The notes beneath the pieces were generated by a model, which worked only from the letters and a program-made list of their open reading frames with translations, was not told the origin of the DNA and did no database searches. From an uncultured bacterium (GTDB taxonomy: Bacteria; Verrucomicrobiota; Lentisphaeria; Victivallales; UBA1829), in the NCBI GenBank assembly GCA_900549415.1, contig URNX01000007.1:1249-65248 (forward strand): a DNA stretch of 64,000 nt, in the 5' to 3' direction. The position numbers and the translations under genes are program-made. The first letter of the stretch is position 1, and every line of letters begins with the position of its first letter. Positions 63,276-64,000 of this stretch are shown here, piece by piece.

Positions 63276-64000
63276 TCAATCCTCGCTGTTTAAGTTCCGT
63301 CTCGCATAAACCGACTGCACGATGCCGAGACAGGACAGCGTTGCAAGCATAAAAGTTCCGCCGTAACTGACGAGCGGGAGGGGAAGCCCCGTAACCGGCA
63401 TGAGGCGGATGCTCATTCCGATATTCACAATCGTGTGCAGAGCCAGAACTGCGCCCAGTCCCGCGCACAGACATCGTCCGAATCCGTCCGGTGCAATCAG
63501 CGCGGTGCGGAAAATGGAAATCATCAGCAGGGTATACGCCAGCATCAGCAAAGCCGAACCGAGAAAACCGGTCTCTTCCGCTATCACCGAAAAAATAAAG
63601 TCGGAATTAGAAACCGTCTGCGGCAGATATCCGAGCTGGTTCTGCGTCCCCTGCATAAAACCTTTTCCGGAAAAGCCGCCGCTTCCGACGGCAAGTTCCG
63701 ACTGGCGCTGGTTCCAGCCTTTGTTCAGCGGATCGGCTTCCGGATTCAGAAACACATGAATACGCGCCTTGTGGTATGGACGCAGCATTGAGTAGCCGAT
63801 CGGCGCGGCGACCGCGATCGCGATGATTCCGATCAACAGCACCCGCAGCCTGAGTCCGGCGGCAAACGCAACCACGAAGACGCCGAAGACCAGAGTCAGT
63901 GCCGTGCTCAGATTCGGCTCCCGGAAAATGAGAAATCCGGGAATGCCCATCAGCAGAAGCATCAGCCCGACCGAGCGCCAGCGTGTAATCCGGAAACGCT
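63276..64000 (-). CDS. SEDS-family protein (RodA/FtsW type), N-terminus beyond the window
   Basis: ...SDFIFSVIAEETGFLG..., ...MPVTGLPLPLVSYGGTFML... The reading frame stays open to the window edge. Confidence 0.88.
   Translation of the reverse strand, partial: RFRITRWRSVGLMLLLMGIPGFLIFREPNLSTALTLVFGVFVVAFAAGLRLRVLLIGIIAIAVAAPIGYSMLRPYHKARIHVFLNPEADPLNKGWNQRQSELAVGSGGFSGKGFMQGTQNQLGYLPQTVSNSDFIFSVIAEETGFLGSALLMLAYTLLMISIFRTALIAPDGFGRCLCAGLGAVLALHTIVNIGMSIRLMPVTGLPLPLVSYGGTFMLATLSCLGIVQSVYARRNLNSED

Overview
Dense chromosomal window (about 52 protein genes, mostly on the minus strand) from a moderately GC-rich, LPS-making, fermentative anaerobe. The pseudopilin style ([29 protein letters not shown]9-D tail) suggests the PVC superphylum, Lentisphaerota/Victivallales-like; this is inference only. 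I saw no rRNA, tRNA, CRISPR, transposase, integrase or phage genes. Left to right: RND efflux pair (permease truncated by the window edge), DUF1015, archaeal-type IMP cyclohydrolase PurO, UvrD/PcrA helicase, an amino-acid ABC transporter, LemA-DUF3137-LepB-small protein, an alanine/glycine:cation symporter, kdsA-kdsC-lptC-lptA-lptB, an aminotransferase, a DUF362 Fe-S protein, and dnaK and groES-groEL. An accessory-looking glycan operon follows: 5'-truncated GRE activase remnant, divergent glycyl-radical enzyme, CMD-family protein, pseudopilin, large GH-like protein, SASA esterase. Then come an AraC regulator, lactate permease, enolase, topA-tsaD-HAD-EI24, an Rrf2 regulator and a hydrogen-sensing/hydrogenase operon (2Fe-2S protein, HydS sensor hydrogenase with PAS, PP2C phosphatase, 2Fe-2S protein, catalytic-type [FeFe] hydrogenase, MBL hydrolase) directly downstream of adhE. 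The window ends with a MurB-Ddl fusion, hisI, a YcfL-like lipoprotein, ACT-PaaK-IorBA, carB, a hypoxanthine-DNA glycosylase, YgiQ and a partial SEDS protein. The items most worth a second look are the phosphatase-linked H2-sensor operon abutting adhE, the divergent GRE in a glycan operon whose activase is decapitated, a sigma-54-type promoter with an upstream inverted repeat in front of dnaK (no CIRCE), a zinc-finger-less TopA with three novel C-terminal repeats, and the MurB-Ddl fusion. None is proven novel from sequence alone. Most of the window is ordinary housekeeping.
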